The position numbers and the translations under genes were made by a program. A stretch of DNA of 63,956 nt, the filler included, from Chloroflexota bacterium (lineage in GTDB: Bacteria > Chloroflexota > Chloroflexia > QHBQ01): assembly GCA_043754535.1 (NCBI GenBank). It is 7 parts of 7 records of this genome, joined end to end, with 100 filler letters (N's around TTAATTAATTAA, not from the genome) between each part and the next. Parts side by side here need not be neighbours in the genome. Positions count along the whole stretch, not along the records: positions 18,023 to 23,940 come from JAYUUN010000019.1; positions 24,041 to 41,861 come from JAYUUN010000021.1; 5 more parts are not named here. One strand, given 5' to 3'. The notes under the pieces were generated by a model that was not told the DNA's origin, ran no database searches, and saw nothing but the letters and a program-made list of their open reading frames with translations. Shown here in pieces: positions 19,474-31,010 of the stretch (its first letter is position 1; every line of letters begins with the position of its first letter).

Positions 19474-20988
19474 CTACCGCTTCTTCTTGTTCTTTTTGTT
19501 GCGGTTGCTGCCCCCACGATTCACACCGTTGCTGGGGGCGGCTGGTCGGTTGCTGCTGCCGTTGGTTGGAGCGGCTAGCAGGGCGTGGCCCTCCTCGTCG
19601 CGCATCGCACCGAAGGGCAAGCGGGTGTCACCACCCTGCTTCTGCTTCATCATCCGCATGATATTACCGAGGCCGCGCTGCGTGTTGTTGCCCGTCAACT
19701 GCTTCATCATCTTCCGCATCTCTTTGAATTGGTCGAGCAAGACGTTGACATCATGCACGTTGCTGCCAGAACCTTTGGCGATCCGCTTGCGGCGGCTGGC
19801 GGTGATAACGTCGGGGTCGCGCCGCTCCTGCGTAGTCATCGAAAGGATGATCGCCTCAATGTGCTTGAGGTCGTCGTTGTCAATGTTGAGGTCGCTGTTC
19901 TTCAAGGCTCCACCGAGACCAGGGATCATGCCGAGCAGGTCGGTGATCGAACCCATCCTCTTAATCTGGCGCATCTGTTCCAGAAAGTTCTCCAGGTCGT
20001 AGGTGCCTTTCCGCATCTTCGCCTGTAGCTCCAACGCCTGCTTCTCGTCAAATTCCGACTGCGCCTTCTCGATCAGGGTCAGCACGTCGCCCATGCCGAG
20101 GATGCGGCTGGCAACCCGGTCGGGGTAGAACTGCTCTAGCGCGTCGGCTTTCTCACCAGTACCAATGAACTTGATCGGCACTCCGGTTACACTACGGACA
20201 CTAAGGGCCGCGCCACCTCGTGCATCACCGTCCATCTTGGTCATCACGATGCCGCTGATACCCACCTGCTCGGCGAAGTCCTTCGCCACGCGCACGGCCT
20301 CCTGACCGGTCATCGCATCTACCACCAACAGGGTTTCGTGAGGCTGCATCTGATCCCGAATCTGCACCAGTTCGTTCATCATCATCTCGTCAATGTTGAG
20401 CCGACCAGCGGTGTCGATGATCAACATATTGAGGCCAAGTTCCTGCGCCCGCGCCAGGGCATTGTGGACGATCTCCAGCGGCTTGCTGCCCGCTGGTTCG
20501 CTATAGACTGGCACGCCAAGCTGTTTGCCCAGCGACTCCAACTGCGCAACGGCGGCGGGGCGGTAGATGTCGGCGGCAACCAGCAACGGTCGCTGCCCAC
20601 TGCTCTTTCGCAGGTAGAGGGCTAGCTTAGCCGTCGTCGTTGTCTTGCCCGAACCTTGCAGGCCAACCATCATCACGATAGTCGGTGGCCGCTGCGCGAT
20701 ATTGAGCTTGACTGCGCCCTCGCCCAACAGAGTCACCAATTCGTCGTAGACGATCTTGATCACCTGCTGGCCGGGGTTGAGGGCTTGCAGCACCGCCCCA
20801 CCCACGGCCTTCTCGCGGATGCTGGCGACAAACTCTTTAGCGATTTTGAAGTTAACGTCGGCGGCGAGCAGCGCAAGGCGTACTTCCTTCAGCCCCGCGT
20901 CCACGTCTTCCTCGGTCAGCCGCCCTTTGCTGCTCAGTTGCTCGAATACCCCTTGTAGGCGTTCACTGAGCGAGTCGAACATTGCCAT
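19474..20988 (-). CDS. ffh: Signal recognition particle protein
   Basis: 'GLQGSGKTT', 'DTAGR', 'DGDARGGAALS', 'RILGMGD', Met-rich M domain. Confidence 0.97.
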   Translation of the reverse strand: MAMFDSLSERLQGVFEQLSSKGRLTEEDVDAGLKEVRLALLAADVNFKIAKEFVASIREKAVGGAVLQALNPGQQVIKIVYDELVTLLGEGAVKLNIAQRPPTIVMMVGLQGSGKTTTTAKLALYLRKSSGQRPLLVAADIYRPAAVAQLESLGKQLGVPVYSEPAGSKPLEIVHNALARAQELGLNMLIIDTAGRLNIDEMMMNELVQIRDQMQPHETLLVVDAMTGQEAVRVAKDFAEQVGISGIVMTKMDGDARGGAALSVRSVTGVPIKFIGTGEKADALEQFYPDRVASRILGMGDVLTLIEKAQSEFDEKQALELQAKMRKGTYDLENFLEQMRQIKRMGSITDLLGMIPGLGGALKNSDLNIDNDDLKHIEAIILSMTTQERRDPDVITASRRKRIAKGSGSNVHDVNVLLDQFKEMRKMMKQLTGNNTQRGLGNIMRMMKQKQGGDTRLPFGAMRDEEGHALLAAPTNGSSNRPAAPSNGVNRGGSNRNKKNKKKR

Positions 20989-21038
20989 CTATTACCCTCT
21001 CTTGCTCCCTTTTGGGGAGGGACACGCTTGTTGGCTAC

Positions 21039-22124
21039 TTAGCCAAACAGCGCGTTGACGAACTGGCGCGGGTTGAACTCGGCCAGGTCGGTCATCTTCT
21101 CACCGGTGCCGATGTAGCGGATCGGCACGCCGACGTTGCGGCTGATCGCGAAGGCGATCCCACCCTTCGCGGTGCCGTCCAGCTTGGCGACGACCACGCC
21201 GGTCAGCTTGGCGATCTCGGCGAAGGCTTTGGCCTGGGTCAGGCCGTTCTGCCCCGTGGTCGCGTCAATGATCAGCAGCGTCTCGTGCGGCGCGTCCGGG
21301 ACGATGCGGCCCGCCACCTTGTAGATTTTGCGTAGCTCCTCCATCAGGTTCGCCTTGTTGTGCAGGCGGCCTGCGGTGTCAATGATCAGCGTGTCGGCGC
21401 GTAGGTTAACCGCCCGGTTGCAGGCATCGTGGACGACCGCGCCAGGGTCGCTGCCCTGCTTCTGGGCGACGACCTCCACACCAAGGCGTTCACCCCAGAC
21501 CTGTAGCTGTTCGATGGCGGCGGCACGGAAGGTGTCACCTGCCGCCAGTACCACCTTCTCGCCCCGGTTTTGCAAATAATTGGCTAGCTTGGCGATAGTC
21601 GTGGTCTTGCCTACGCCATTGACCCCGATCACCAGGATCACGTGCAGCTTCTTCGCCGCCTCCTTGAACTGTTCCTCGCTCATTGGCAGGCTCTCGTCTA
21701 CCGGGTCCGGCGGCTGGTAGCCTGGCTGCATCCACGCCTCCCAGCGGGCCTTGATCGGCTCGTAACCCTCTTGCAGCACCTCGGTCAGCACTTCCTTGAG
21801 CGTATCGTAGAGTTGCGGGCGCGTCGTCAGCTTGGCATCCTGGTAGCGTTTGCGGAGGACGTACTGCACCTCTTCCACCGTCTGTGGGCCAAGATCGGCA
21901 GAGTAGAGCAGCATCTCAAGCTCCTCAAAGAGTTCCTCGGTGATCGGTTCGGCGGCGGCTTCCTTGCCCTTGAACAGGTTGAAGATGTCGCCGAAAGCCC
22001 CACGTCGGGTGCGCTGCAAGCTCTCCTCGATCCGCTCCTGCTCCTCCTGCTGCTGTTGGGCAAGCTGCTGCTGGACTTCCTCCGGCTTCGGTTGCTCCTT
22101 GCGGCCAAACAATCTTCTTAGCAT
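21039..22124 (-). CDS. ftsY: SRP receptor
   Basis: '[10 protein letters not shown]', 'DTFRAAA', 'DTAGRL', 'KLDGTAKGG'. Confidence 0.97.
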   Translation of the reverse strand: MLRRLFGRKEQPKPEEVQQQLAQQQQEEQERIEESLQRTRRGAFGDIFNLFKGKEAAAEPITEELFEELEMLLYSADLGPQTVEEVQYVLRKRYQDAKLTTRPQLYDTLKEVLTEVLQEGYEPIKARWEAWMQPGYQPPDPVDESLPMSEEQFKEAAKKLHVILVIGVNGVGKTTTIAKLANYLQNRGEKVVLAAGDTFRAAAIEQLQVWGERLGVEVVAQKQGSDPGAVVHDACNRAVNLRADTLIIDTAGRLHNKANLMEELRKIYKVAGRIVPDAPHETLLIIDATTGQNGLTQAKAFAEIAKLTGVVVAKLDGTAKGGIAFAISRNVGVPIRYIGTGEKMTDLAEFNPRQFVNALFG

Positions 22125-22433
22125 GGTACTCTTTTCTTGGTTGCGATAATGGATGTTAGCAGGTCAATTATACCCGAAAAGGCTGGGCCTGCCAAAGTAG
22201 CGGTTAGTAACTGCCAGGCCTGCGGCTGCAAGTATGGCTGACAGCAAATCTGTTTGTGCCACCCATCTTCTACTTGCGCACCGCGCCCGTCTGCTTTTGC
22301 GGATGTGCTGGCTGCTGTCTACCTTACACAGGCAGCCCCCACAAAGGTACCCTATGCCTGATTGAGGCGGCTGGTGTACAATAGCAGCAGCGGATTCCTC
22401 GCATAGCAAGGCTGAAAGAAGAAAGAGGGTAGA

Positions 22434-23940
22434 ATGTTGAACAGGTTGAAAGCAGGATTGACGCTGCTCATACTCCTGGGGATGGTGGTGGGCAGCGGCC
22501 AACAGGTGGCGGCGCAGACAAGCGGCGTGGCCTTTAAGGAGACAGGGCAGACAGTGCGCGGCAAGTTCCTCGCTTACTGGCAACAGCATGGTGGCCTCGC
22601 CCAGCAAGGCTACCCGATCAGCGGTGAGATAGAGGAGAAAAGCGACCTCAACGGCCAGACCTACACCGTACAATACTTTGAGCGGGCCAGCTTCGAGTTG
22701 CACCCAGAGAACAAGGCTCCCTACGATGTGCTGCTCAGTCAGCTTGGCACCTTCAGGTACCGCGACCGCTATGGGGCGGCAGGCGCACCGGGCCAGCGGG
22801 TCAACCCTGCCAACGCCCGCCTTTTTGCCGAGACTGGCAAGCAGATTGGTGGTCGCTTCCGCAGCTACTGGGAGCAGCACGGCGGCCTCGCCCAGCAGGG
22901 CTTCCCGATCTCCAACGAGTTTGAGGAGGTTAGCCCACTGGACGGCAAGACCTACAGCGTGCAATATTTTGAGCGGGCGACTTTTGAGCTTCACAAGGAG
23001 AACAAGGCTCCCTACGATGTGCTGCTTAGTCAGTTGGGACGCTTCCGCTACGACGCGAAGTACAAGAGTGGGCCAATTGGCAGCCCGACGGGTGGGCCGA
23101 CGGGTGGGCCGAGCAGCAGCCCCACCAGCACCCCGGCTATTCCCGGCCCAGAGACCACGCCAGAATTGCCACCCCCGGGCATTACCCCACCCGCTGGCGG
23201 CCTGAGCGTCGCGGCCCCAGTCAAGGTAGAAGTCAACACCGCCGACGTGGTGATCGTCGGCGGTCACTACCTCTTTTGGCAGAACCCCAGCGATGTTGGG
23301 CCGGCACCAGAGGTGATCGGCTACGACATTACTAGCCGCGAAGTCTTTACGGTTACTAGTGACTCAACCGACCGCTACTTGGTCGCCAGCGACGGCACTA
23401 CCCTGCTCTGGATGGATGTTGGCGACGAGCCGAAGCTGGTGGGCTACGACATCCCCAGCCGCAAGGTCAAGCAACTACCAGGTGCGCCAAACGACTTCGA
23501 CCAGGCTATAATGCGTGACGGCGTACTTTACTACACAAAGTTCGACGTAGATCAGTTGGGGGCGGGCGGTCTGTTCAGCTTCACCTTCCGTGATGGTAGC
23601 AGCAAGAAACTGAGCAGCCAGAACGCTGAACAGATCGCCCTGGGTGAGGGGGCTGTGCTGATGGTTAGTAGCGACGGCACCGAAGACATCATAACCAGCA
23701 CTCTACGCCTGATCAACACCACCGATGGACAGGAGAGCGTGATCGGGCAACTCTATGGGCAGGTTAGCGGCGTTGCCCTCGACGGCAAGCGAGCGGTCTG
23801 GTCTAGCGGGGAGAAGGACAGCAAGGGGGGGATCTACCTCTACGATCTGGTTAGCAAGCAGACGAGCAAGTTGGCGAGTGGCGAGTGCTACTCTCCCTAC
23901 CTCTACCGCAACCTACTCGCCTGGACTAGCTACCCGACCG
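22434..23940 (+). CDS. Secreted protein with two 'GYPIS...QYFER' repeats, Pro/Thr linker and beta-propeller-like C-terminus (3' truncated)
   Basis: Signal peptide and duplicated 'F.ETG...G.F..YW.QHGGLAQQG.PIS.E...QYFERA.FELH.EN' module. Confidence 0.8.
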
Positions 23941-24040
23941 NNNNNNNNNNNNNNNNNNNNNNNNNNNNNNNNNNNNNNNNNNNNTTAATTAATTAANNNN
24001 NNNNNNNNNNNNNNNNNNNNNNNNNNNNNNNNNNNNNNNN

Positions 24041-24617
24041 CCCCAGCGTGAACGAGGCCACGCAGGATGCCCCAGACCAGAACGTGGCCGCCCGCCATGA
24101 TCTCGGCCCCCGCATTCACGTCGCCGACGATGCAGACGTTACCCTCGTGCTGCACGCGTTGGCCGCTGCGCAAGGTGCGGCGGATGAACAGGGCAGCCCG
24201 CTCTGTCTCGGCGATCTCAAGCAAGTTGAAGGCAGCAAACTCTGGCTCCGCAAGGGGTACAGCCTCCTCCTCATGCGCCTGTCTGCTGCCAGCGCGAGTG
24301 AAGCTCGGTGGTCGTGCTTCGAGGTCGCGGGCAGTAGCCGCCTCACGGGTAGCTGCGCTGCCGCTGACCAGCGTAGCCAGGGTGATAGTCAGCGGTTCGA
24401 GCAGGGCTTGCAAGGCGGCGATCTGTGCATCGTCGAGGGTACGTCCGCTGACGTTTACCGTCGCCTGCGCCCCCTTGAAGAAGCCTTCGTTCTCGCGGAT
24501 GCGCTGGTCAAGTTCGCCAAGCAGCCGCTGCCAGTCCTCCTTGTCGTCGAGGAGGATCAGCAGACCGCTGCCCACGCCCTTGATGATCACTGCTTCTTGC
24601 TGCTTCGTCTTAGCCAT
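24041..24617 (-). CDS. minC: Septum site-determining protein MinC (3' truncated)
   Basis: 'RTLRSGQ...[12 protein letters not shown]...WG.LRG.VHAG'. Confidence 0.92.
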
Positions 24618-24712
24618 AGCCGTCCATGCCGCTTACGGGCCATAGAGCAGATTGTCGCGGGCAAGTTCTGACCGCCCGCGACAATCATCCCCACAATACC
24701 ACTCTGTGGTCG

Positions 24713-26095
24713 TCAGCGTTGACGATAGCGAAGGAAAGGCGGGATGTCGAGGTCGTCACCTCCACCCTGCGGCTGCTGTGGTTGCGGCTGCTGCGGTTGC
24801 GCCTGCGGTGCTGCTGGCCGCTGGTAGGGGCCGGTCGGCTGCTGGCTGGGCGGCATTGGTTGAGGAACAGGCTGCTGCATAGGCTGTGGCTGCTGCATAG
24901 GCTGTGGCTGCTGCATGGGCTGCTGGGCCTGGCGCACTGGCAGCGGTTGCGGCTGCTCCTGGTAGCTGGGCTGCGGCTGCTGCGGTACGATCCGCTGCTG
25001 GCCGTAGCCACCGAGGCCGAGAGCCTGGGCAGTGCGGGCGGGCAGGGCGACAGGGCGACGCACACTGTCAAAGCCAGTGGCAATCAGGGTGATCTTCACG
25101 TCGTTGCCCATCTCTGGGTTGATGCTGGTGCCGAAGATGATGTTCGCTTCTGGGTCTGCTGCCTGCTGGATGATCTCCGCCGCCTCATACACCTCCAGGA
25201 TGCCGAGGTCGGTGCCGCCAGTGATGTTAAAGAGGACACCCTTTGCCCCCTCAATGCTGATCTCCAACAGCGGCGACTCGATGGCCTGCCGGGCCGCGAT
25301 CACGCAGCGGTCATCTCCACTGCCAAAGCCAATCGCCATTAGTGCGGAGCCAGCGTTGGACATGATGCTCTTGATGTCGGCAAAGTCCAGGTTGATCATG
25401 CCGTGAACGGTGATCAGGTCGCTGATGCCCTGGATACCCTGGCGCAGCACGTCATCAGCGATACGGAAGGCCTCGATCATCGAAGTCTTCTTGTCAGCGA
25501 TCTGCAAAAGGCGGTCGTTGGGGATGGTGATCAGCGTGTCCACGTGTTGGCGGAACTCGGCGATGCCCTCATCTGCCGACATACGGCGGCGCGACCCCTC
25601 AAAGCTGAACGGCTTGGTCACCACGCCGACAGTGAGTGCGCCCACCTCTTTGGCGATCTGGGCGATCACCGGGGATGCGCCAGTGCCAGTGCCGCCGCCC
25701 ATACCAGCGGTGATGAACACCATGTCCGCTCCCTTGAGTGCATCGAACAACTCCTCGCTGCTCTCCTCAGCCGCCTTCGCCCCGACGATAGGTTGGCCAC
25801 CCGCGCCTAGCCCCTTAGTCAGCTTGTCGCCGATGCGGATGCGCGTTTGGGCCTTCGAGTGGATCAGAGCTTGCGCGTCGGTGTTGACTGCGATAAACTC
25901 AACCCCCTGCACGTTCGCCTCTACCATGCGGTTAACCGCGTTGGAGCCGCCGCCGCCCACGCCGATCACCTTGATCTGGGCGAAGTTCTCGGTGTCGGGC
26001 ATCCGTTGCATCTTGCTGCTCACGCTGGGGTTCATCGCCCGTTCGTTGCCTGTGGTCATTGGCCGTCTCCTCATGTCGCCGAATCGGTTGTCCAT
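24713..26095 (-). CDS. ftsZ: Cell division GTPase FtsZ
   Basis: '[10 protein letters not shown]', 'GGGTGTG', C-terminal 'DIPPFLR'. Confidence 0.98.
   Translation of the reverse strand: MDNRFGDMRRRPMTTGNERAMNPSVSSKMQRMPDTENFAQIKVIGVGGGGSNAVNRMVEANVQGVEFIAVNTDAQALIHSKAQTRIRIGDKLTKGLGAGGQPIVGAKAAEESSEELFDALKGADMVFITAGMGGGTGTGASPVIAQIAKEVGALTVGVVTKPFSFEGSRRRMSADEGIAEFRQHVDTLITIPNDRLLQIADKKTSMIEAFRIADDVLRQGIQGISDLITVHGMINLDFADIKSIMSNAGSALMAIGFGSGDDRCVIAARQAIESPLLEISIEGAKGVLFNITGGTDLGILEVYEAAEIIQQAADPEANIIFGTSINPEMGNDVKITLIATGFDSVRRPVALPARTAQALGLGGYGQQRIVPQQPQPSYQEQPQPLPVRQAQQPMQQPQPMQQPQPMQQPVPQPMPPSQQPTGPYQRPAAPQAQPQQPQPQQPQGGGDDLDIPPFLRYRQR
24870..24925 (-). repeat. 18-bp tandem repeat encoding (QQPQPM)n in the FtsZ linker
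   Basis: GGCTGCTGCATAGGCTGT units. Confidence 0.8.
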
Positions 26096-26173
26096 TCTTG
26101 CCGCCCTCTTTCTTGCCTGGCGATTGTCGCTTGGTCGATGGTGGTGTAAGTCGGGGTTGTTGCCCCTACGCTA

Positions 26174-27463
26174 TCATGGTACAAACTCGCGGAGCCAATT
26201 CTTGACCTTCTGGGTCATGTCGTTGCGTGGCAGCCCTTTGCTGCGCTGAGCGGCAGGGTGAGCCAGTGGTTCACCGTTGCGGAAGCCCCAAAGTAGCAAT
26301 CCAACTCCTGTCGCGTGATCTGGCCTGCTCAGGGCAGCGGTGCCGTCCAACAGACGTTGCGGTTGGCCGACGCGCACTGGCAGGCCGATCACCTGGCGGG
26401 CTAGCTCGGCAATGCCCGGCAACATGGCGCAGCCGCCAGTCAGCACTACGCCCGCTGGCAGCATCCCCGCATAGCCGCTGCGCCGTATCTCCTTGCCCAA
26501 TCGGTCGAACACATCCTCTATGCGGGCCTGTATCACCCGATTGAGCAGGTGGCGGCTGACCAGTTCGGTCTGCCCATTGAAGCTGGTGACTGGTATCTCC
26601 TCGTCCGCTTCGTCTGCTTCCTGCTCGTTGGCGCGCACCGCCAGCTTGCCGTAGCGTTGGTTGAGGCTGGGTCGCCCATAATGCAGCTTCAACTCCTCGG
26701 CAGCCTCAAAGGGGACGCGCAAGACGATGGATAGGTCGTTGCTCAAGTGGTTCCCCCCAACAGGCAGCACGGCAGTATGCCAGATGCTCCCGTCGATAAA
26801 GATGGCGAGATCGGTGGTGCCGCCGCCAATATCCACCAGCGCAACCCCTAGCCGCCGCTCCGCTGGGGTCAGCACAGCTTCGCCGCAGGCTAGCGGCTCC
26901 AACACCATCTCGTCAATCTCTACCCCAGCCCGCCGCACACAGCGGGCCAGATTTTGCAGGCTGGTAGCCGCCCCGGTCACGATGTGGGTCTCTACTTCTA
27001 GCCGCACCCCAGCCATACCCACCGGATCGAGTACCCCGCTCTGCCCATCCACGATGAAGGTACGCGGGATCACGTGGATCACTTCGCGCTGGCTGGGAAC
27101 GGCTACCGCTTTCGCTGCCTCCACCGCCCGCCGCACATCGTCTACGCTGATGTCGCCGCCAGAGCGACCGATGGGAACGACTCCGCGGCTGTTGAGCGAG
27201 GAGATGTGTTCGCCAGTCACGCCCACATAGGCCGAGCCGATTTTGCAGCCAGACAGGCGTTCAGCTTTCTCAATGGCAATCGCAATGCTGGCGGCAGCCT
27301 CGTCAAGGTTGACGACTACCCCCTTGCTCAGGCCACGTGCTGGTTCGATACCGATGCCCAGTACGCGCACTGCTCCATCGCGGCCCCCTTCGCCGATGAT
27401 GGCACATATCTTCGTGGTGCCTACGTCGAGGCCCACAATGGTTCGCTCAAGCGTGTTTGTCAT
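26174..27463 (-). CDS. ftsA: Cell division protein FtsA
   Basis: 'GLDVGTTK', 'VDIGGGTTD', 'VVLTGG'. Confidence 0.96.
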   Translation of the reverse strand: MTNTLERTIVGLDVGTTKICAIIGEGGRDGAVRVLGIGIEPARGLSKGVVVNLDEAAASIAIAIEKAERLSGCKIGSAYVGVTGEHISSLNSRGVVPIGRSGGDISVDDVRRAVEAAKAVAVPSQREVIHVIPRTFIVDGQSGVLDPVGMAGVRLEVETHIVTGAATSLQNLARCVRRAGVEIDEMVLEPLACGEAVLTPAERRLGVALVDIGGGTTDLAIFIDGSIWHTAVLPVGGNHLSNDLSIVLRVPFEAAEELKLHYGRPSLNQRYGKLAVRANEQEADEADEEIPVTSFNGQTELVSRHLLNRVIQARIEDVFDRLGKEIRRSGYAGMLPAGVVLTGGCAMLPGIAELARQVIGLPVRVGQPQRLLDGTAALSRPDHATGVGLLLWGFRNGEPLAHPAAQRSKGLPRNDMTQKVKNWLREFVP

Positions 27464-27665
27464 AGACTAGCGGCCCTCCGTTGGCCCTCCGGTTGCGCTA
27501 GTGGGATTGTTAGCGATTATACCACAATGTTTCAGCGTGGTCTAGCTGGTTTTCAACAACTTTCACCCATTGTACCACCAAAGGCTTATGTAAAGCAATA
27601 GCCTGGCCCGCTGAAAGGTTGCCAATTTGCAAGTTCCGCCTCTACTTTGCTGGCAAGAGCGTGGA

Positions 27666-28013
27666 TTAGATGAAGTGGCGGCGGATCAGGGCGAGGTTGT
27701 TGAACAAGCGCGAGCCAAAGGCAATTACCGCTGCCAGCCAGATGTCGGCCCCCAAGCGGTCGCCCAGGTAGGTAAGCAAGATCGCCAGCGTAGTATTGAC
27801 CAGGAAGCCGCTAACAAACACCTTGTTCTCGTAAGATTGGTTGAGTTCGGCCCGGATCGCCCCCAACACCGAGTCGAGGGCAGCCAGCACCGCCACTGCT
27901 GTGTAGCGGGTGTACTGCTGCGGCACAGTGAAATCAAACTGCAAGCCGACCAGCAGGCCGACCAGCAGCCCAACCAGCGGTACCCAGAGGCTTGGTGCCA
28001 CCCTAATCTTCAC
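27666..28013 (-). CDS. sbp: Small basic protein (DUF1290)
   Basis: 'YTAVAVLAALDSVLG...FVSGF..N...GDRLG...FG.RLFNNLA.IRR'. Confidence 0.85.
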   Translation of the reverse strand: MKIRVAPSLWVPLVGLLVGLLVGLQFDFTVPQQYTRYTAVAVLAALDSVLGAIRAELNQSYENKVFVSGFLVNTTLAILLTYLGDRLGADIWLAAVIAFGSRLFNNLALIRRHFI

Positions 28014-28927
28014 TACTTCTTCTCCCCTCCCCGCATCTGTACCGCAGCGTGTGTGGTGCTACGCAAGTCCATACTCACCCACACTTTGCCTGCCGACTGC
28101 CGCAGGAAGTTCTTGCAAATCTTGATCTTCAGGTCTATTTCATCTTTGCTGCCGAAGATGATCACCTGGTTGTCGCTGGTCACAACGCTGACTCCACGAT
28201 CCGCATTATACTCGATCCGGACCATGTTTAGCCCAGAGGCAGGTAGCAGCATGAAGATGCGCTGTGCGCTGTCTAGCCCTTCGGTTGCTAGCACGCTGAG
28301 GTGGCCGCCTACCCGATAGTCACCGCCGCCTTGTTCAGCCCTGCTCTCCTTGCCTGGGCTGTTAGCCGCTGAGCTGGCTGCCCGCACCGGTGAGGGCTGG
28401 GCTGGCTGGGCAGCATCGCGGTCGTAAACCACTACGAAGCCGTCGAGGGTACTTGCGGTGCCAATAATGCTGCCATCTTCCTCTACCAGGTATGGCACGC
28501 GGTTTCTAACCCAGACCACCCCTGGCCTGCGCTCATCCACCACCACGCGCACTATATTGGGTAGGCGGGTTTCGATGTGCAGGCTCCGCACGTAAGGGCT
28601 GGCTTGCAGGCCGTCGGCTGGGTGCGCTGCGTCTACCTCAAAGATGCTCTTGCCCAGCAGCCCACTGATCCGCCCAGCTTCCAACTGGGTCAACGACTTG
28701 CTGCCAACTACGCTGAGGCTTGTTGCATCTACCACATAGCTGCGAGCCGTGGCGAAGTTGACGGTCAGCATCGCTAGCACACCGAGCAGCAGCAGGTCAA
28801 CCAGCCTGCCGCTCCGCAAGTCGTCTTTGAATAGCCGCCAGCCAAAGCGGGTTACTATGCTGCCAGTCGTCCGCTTGCGCGCAAGCTGTGGTTCAGCGGT
28901 CGGTGAGATTTCGTTGTTTGTCGCCAT
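28013..28927 (-). CDS. ftsQ: FtsQ/DivIB-type cell division protein
   Basis: Single TM, POTRA-like 'SPYVRSLHIETRLPNIVRVVVDERRP', C-terminal 'DLR'; position between ddl and ftsA. Confidence 0.75.
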   Translation of the reverse strand: MATNNEISPTAEPQLARKRTTGSIVTRFGWRLFKDDLRSGRLVDLLLLGVLAMLTVNFATARSYVVDATSLSVVGSKSLTQLEAGRISGLLGKSIFEVDAAHPADGLQASPYVRSLHIETRLPNIVRVVVDERRPGVVWVRNRVPYLVEEDGSIIGTASTLDGFVVVYDRDAAQPAQPSPVRAASSAANSPGKESRAEQGGGDYRVGGHLSVLATEGLDSAQRIFMLLPASGLNMVRIEYNADRGVSVVTSDNQVIIFGSKDEIDLKIKICKNFLRQSAGKVWVSMDLRSTTHAAVQMRGGEKK

Positions 28928-30053
28928 GCCGCTCCAATGCAAGTGTGATCAGCCGCTCGACCAGTTGGCTGTAATTCAGCCCGCTGGCCTGCCACAGTTT
29001 GGGGTACATACTGATGCTGGTGAAGCCAGGGATGGTGTTCACCTCGTTGAGGTAGACCTTGCCCGTCTCCTTAGCTACAAAGAAGTCTACCCGTGCCATG
29101 CCCGCACAGTCCAGGGCGTGGAAGGCGCGCACTGCTAGCCGCTGCACCTCCGCCGCTTGCGTCTCGCTCAGGCGGGCGGGGATCAGCAAAGCCGAATTGT
29201 CGTCCACATACTTGGCGTTGTAGTCGTAGAACTCGTTGCCGGGGATGACCTCGCCCACCACGCTGGCGGCTGGCGTATCGTTGCCCAGGACAGCGCACTC
29301 CACTTCTTGCCCCACTACCCCTTGCTCGACCACCACCTTGCGGTCATACTTGAAGGCTTCGCTGAAGCAGCCTTGTAGGTCGCCCTCCCCGCGCGCCTTG
29401 CTCACCCCGATGCTACTGCCCATGTTGGCGGGCTTGACGAACAGGGGATAGCACAGGTCGCCGCGCTCTACTGCCCTTAGGGTCCAATATAGCACGTCGC
29501 GCAAGTCTTTGTCCCAGTCCACGCGGTAGAACACCTTGTAGGGAACAAGCGGCAAACCTTCGGCCTTGAAGACCGCCTTCATCGCCACCTTGTCCATACC
29601 GAGAGCCGAGCCGAGTACGCCAGAGCCAACGTAGGGCAGGCCCGCCAGTTCGAGCAGCCCCTGCACGGTACCATCCTCGCCAAACGGCCCATGCAGCACC
29701 GGGAATATCACGTCGAGGGCGGGTGCGCTCTGCTGCTGACCACTGGCGGCAAGTTGCACCAGGGCGTGGCCGTCGTAGACCGCGCCGAGGCTAGCCGCCA
29801 CCATTGGTTCGTCGCCAAAGTCGGCTACCCCGCTGATCGCTGCCTGCAAACGGGGCATAGCCTGCGGGCCGATCAGCCAGCGACCGGCCTTGCTGATGCC
29901 AATCGGCACGACGGTGAAGCGGGCAGGGTCAAGGGCGGCGATCACATTGCGCGCCGACTCCAGGCTCACCTCGTGTTCGGCACTGCGCCCGCCAAAGACT
30001 ACCCCAACCCGGATTTTGGCTTGCTGCTCCAAAGATGCTCCTATCTCTGTCAC
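28893..30053 (-). CDS. ddl: D-alanine-D-alanine ligase
   Basis: 'FGGRSAEHEVS', 'HGPFGEDG', 'FYDYNAKY', 'NEVNTIPG'. Confidence 0.96.
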   Translation of the reverse strand: MTEIGASLEQQAKIRVGVVFGGRSAEHEVSLESARNVIAALDPARFTVVPIGISKAGRWLIGPQAMPRLQAAISGVADFGDEPMVAASLGAVYDGHALVQLAASGQQQSAPALDVIFPVLHGPFGEDGTVQGLLELAGLPYVGSGVLGSALGMDKVAMKAVFKAEGLPLVPYKVFYRVDWDKDLRDVLYWTLRAVERGDLCYPLFVKPANMGSSIGVSKARGEGDLQGCFSEAFKYDRKVVVEQGVVGQEVECAVLGNDTPAASVVGEVIPGNEFYDYNAKYVDDNSALLIPARLSETQAAEVQRLAVRAFHALDCAGMARVDFFVAKETGKVYLNEVNTIPGFTSISMYPKLWQASGLNYSQLVERLITLALERHGDKQRNLTDR

Positions 30054-30997
30054 GGGTTCTCGCCCACCACTTCGACCTCAAGCTCCAGTGCGACCCCAAA
30101 CTGGCGGTAGACTTCACTCTGGGCGTGGGCAATCAGCCGCTTCGCTTCGTCGTAGGTTGCCGCACCCAGGTTCATCAAGAAGTTGGCGTGCTTGGGGCTG
30201 AACTGCACGCTGCCCAGGGTGTAGCCCTTCAGCCCCGCTGCCTCGATCAGCCGCCCCGCCTTGTCACCAGCAGGGTTCTTGAAGGTGCTACCAGCGGTCT
30301 TGCCCGCCGGTTGGCTAGCAATGCGGTAGGCCTGCGCCTCGCGCATCTTCGCCTCCAGGGCGGCTGGCTGCTCGCGGTGCAGGCAGAAGTTCAGGCTGAG
30401 GACGATCAGCCCTGGCGACATTGCCCGCTGCACGGCAGCCTTCAGGATGCTAGAACGGTAGCCGAGGCCAAATCGTTCGGCCCGCCACTCCTCTATCACG
30501 CCCTCGGCGGTCAAGACTTGGGCCGAGTGCAGCACACCGTTGGTGTCACCGCCATGCGCGCCCGCATTGCTGACGATAGCTCCGCCCATACTACCGGGGA
30601 TACTGATCCCCCAGCTTAGGTCGCCCCAGCCCGCTGCTGCCATCTCGCGGCAGAGTGGCCCCCACAATGCACCCGCGCCCACCTGCCAGATCGCCTGATC
30701 ACCCTGCTGCTCGACCAGGCTGGCAACCTTGTGGTGGTGGGCGCGAGTGCGGATCACCAGCCCACGCACGCCCGCGTCAGTAAAGATCAGGTTTGTGCCG
30801 TTGCCAATCACCACGTAGGGCAGGCCAACCTTGCGGGCAGCCCCCACCGCCGCCGCCAGTTGGGCTGCGTCAAACACTTCTACGAAGTAGTCGGCGGGGC
30901 CGCCCACCCGCAGCGAGTTGTAGCGGTTGAGTGGCTCAGCGTGCTGCACCTTGAGGCCGCTGATCCGCTCGATTGTGGTGCCAATCTCGGTTAGCAT
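30050..30997 (-). CDS. murB: UDP-N-acetylenolpyruvoylglucosamine reductase
   Basis: 'GGPAD', 'IPGSMGGA..NAGA', 'AGSTFKNP', 'HANF'. Confidence 0.95.
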   Translation of the reverse strand: MLTEIGTTIERISGLKVQHAEPLNRYNSLRVGGPADYFVEVFDAAQLAAAVGAARKVGLPYVVIGNGTNLIFTDAGVRGLVIRTRAHHHKVASLVEQQGDQAIWQVGAGALWGPLCREMAAAGWGDLSWGISIPGSMGGAIVSNAGAHGGDTNGVLHSAQVLTAEGVIEEWRAERFGLGYRSSILKAAVQRAMSPGLIVLSLNFCLHREQPAALEAKMREAQAYRIASQPAGKTAGSTFKNPAGDKAGRLIEAAGLKGYTLGSVQFSPKHANFLMNLGAATYDEAKRLIAHAQSEVYRQFGVALELEVEVVGENP

Positions 30998-31010
30998 CTA
31001 CCCTCTCCCA

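Noticed and set aside
22150..22430. SRP RNA next to ftsY/ffh
   Set aside because: No recognisable SRP domain IV motif found by eye.
22164..23267. Long antisense ORFs (also 6955-7782, 11085-11927, 25410-26249)
   Set aside because: Typical high-GC shadow frames of well-supported genes on the opposite strand.
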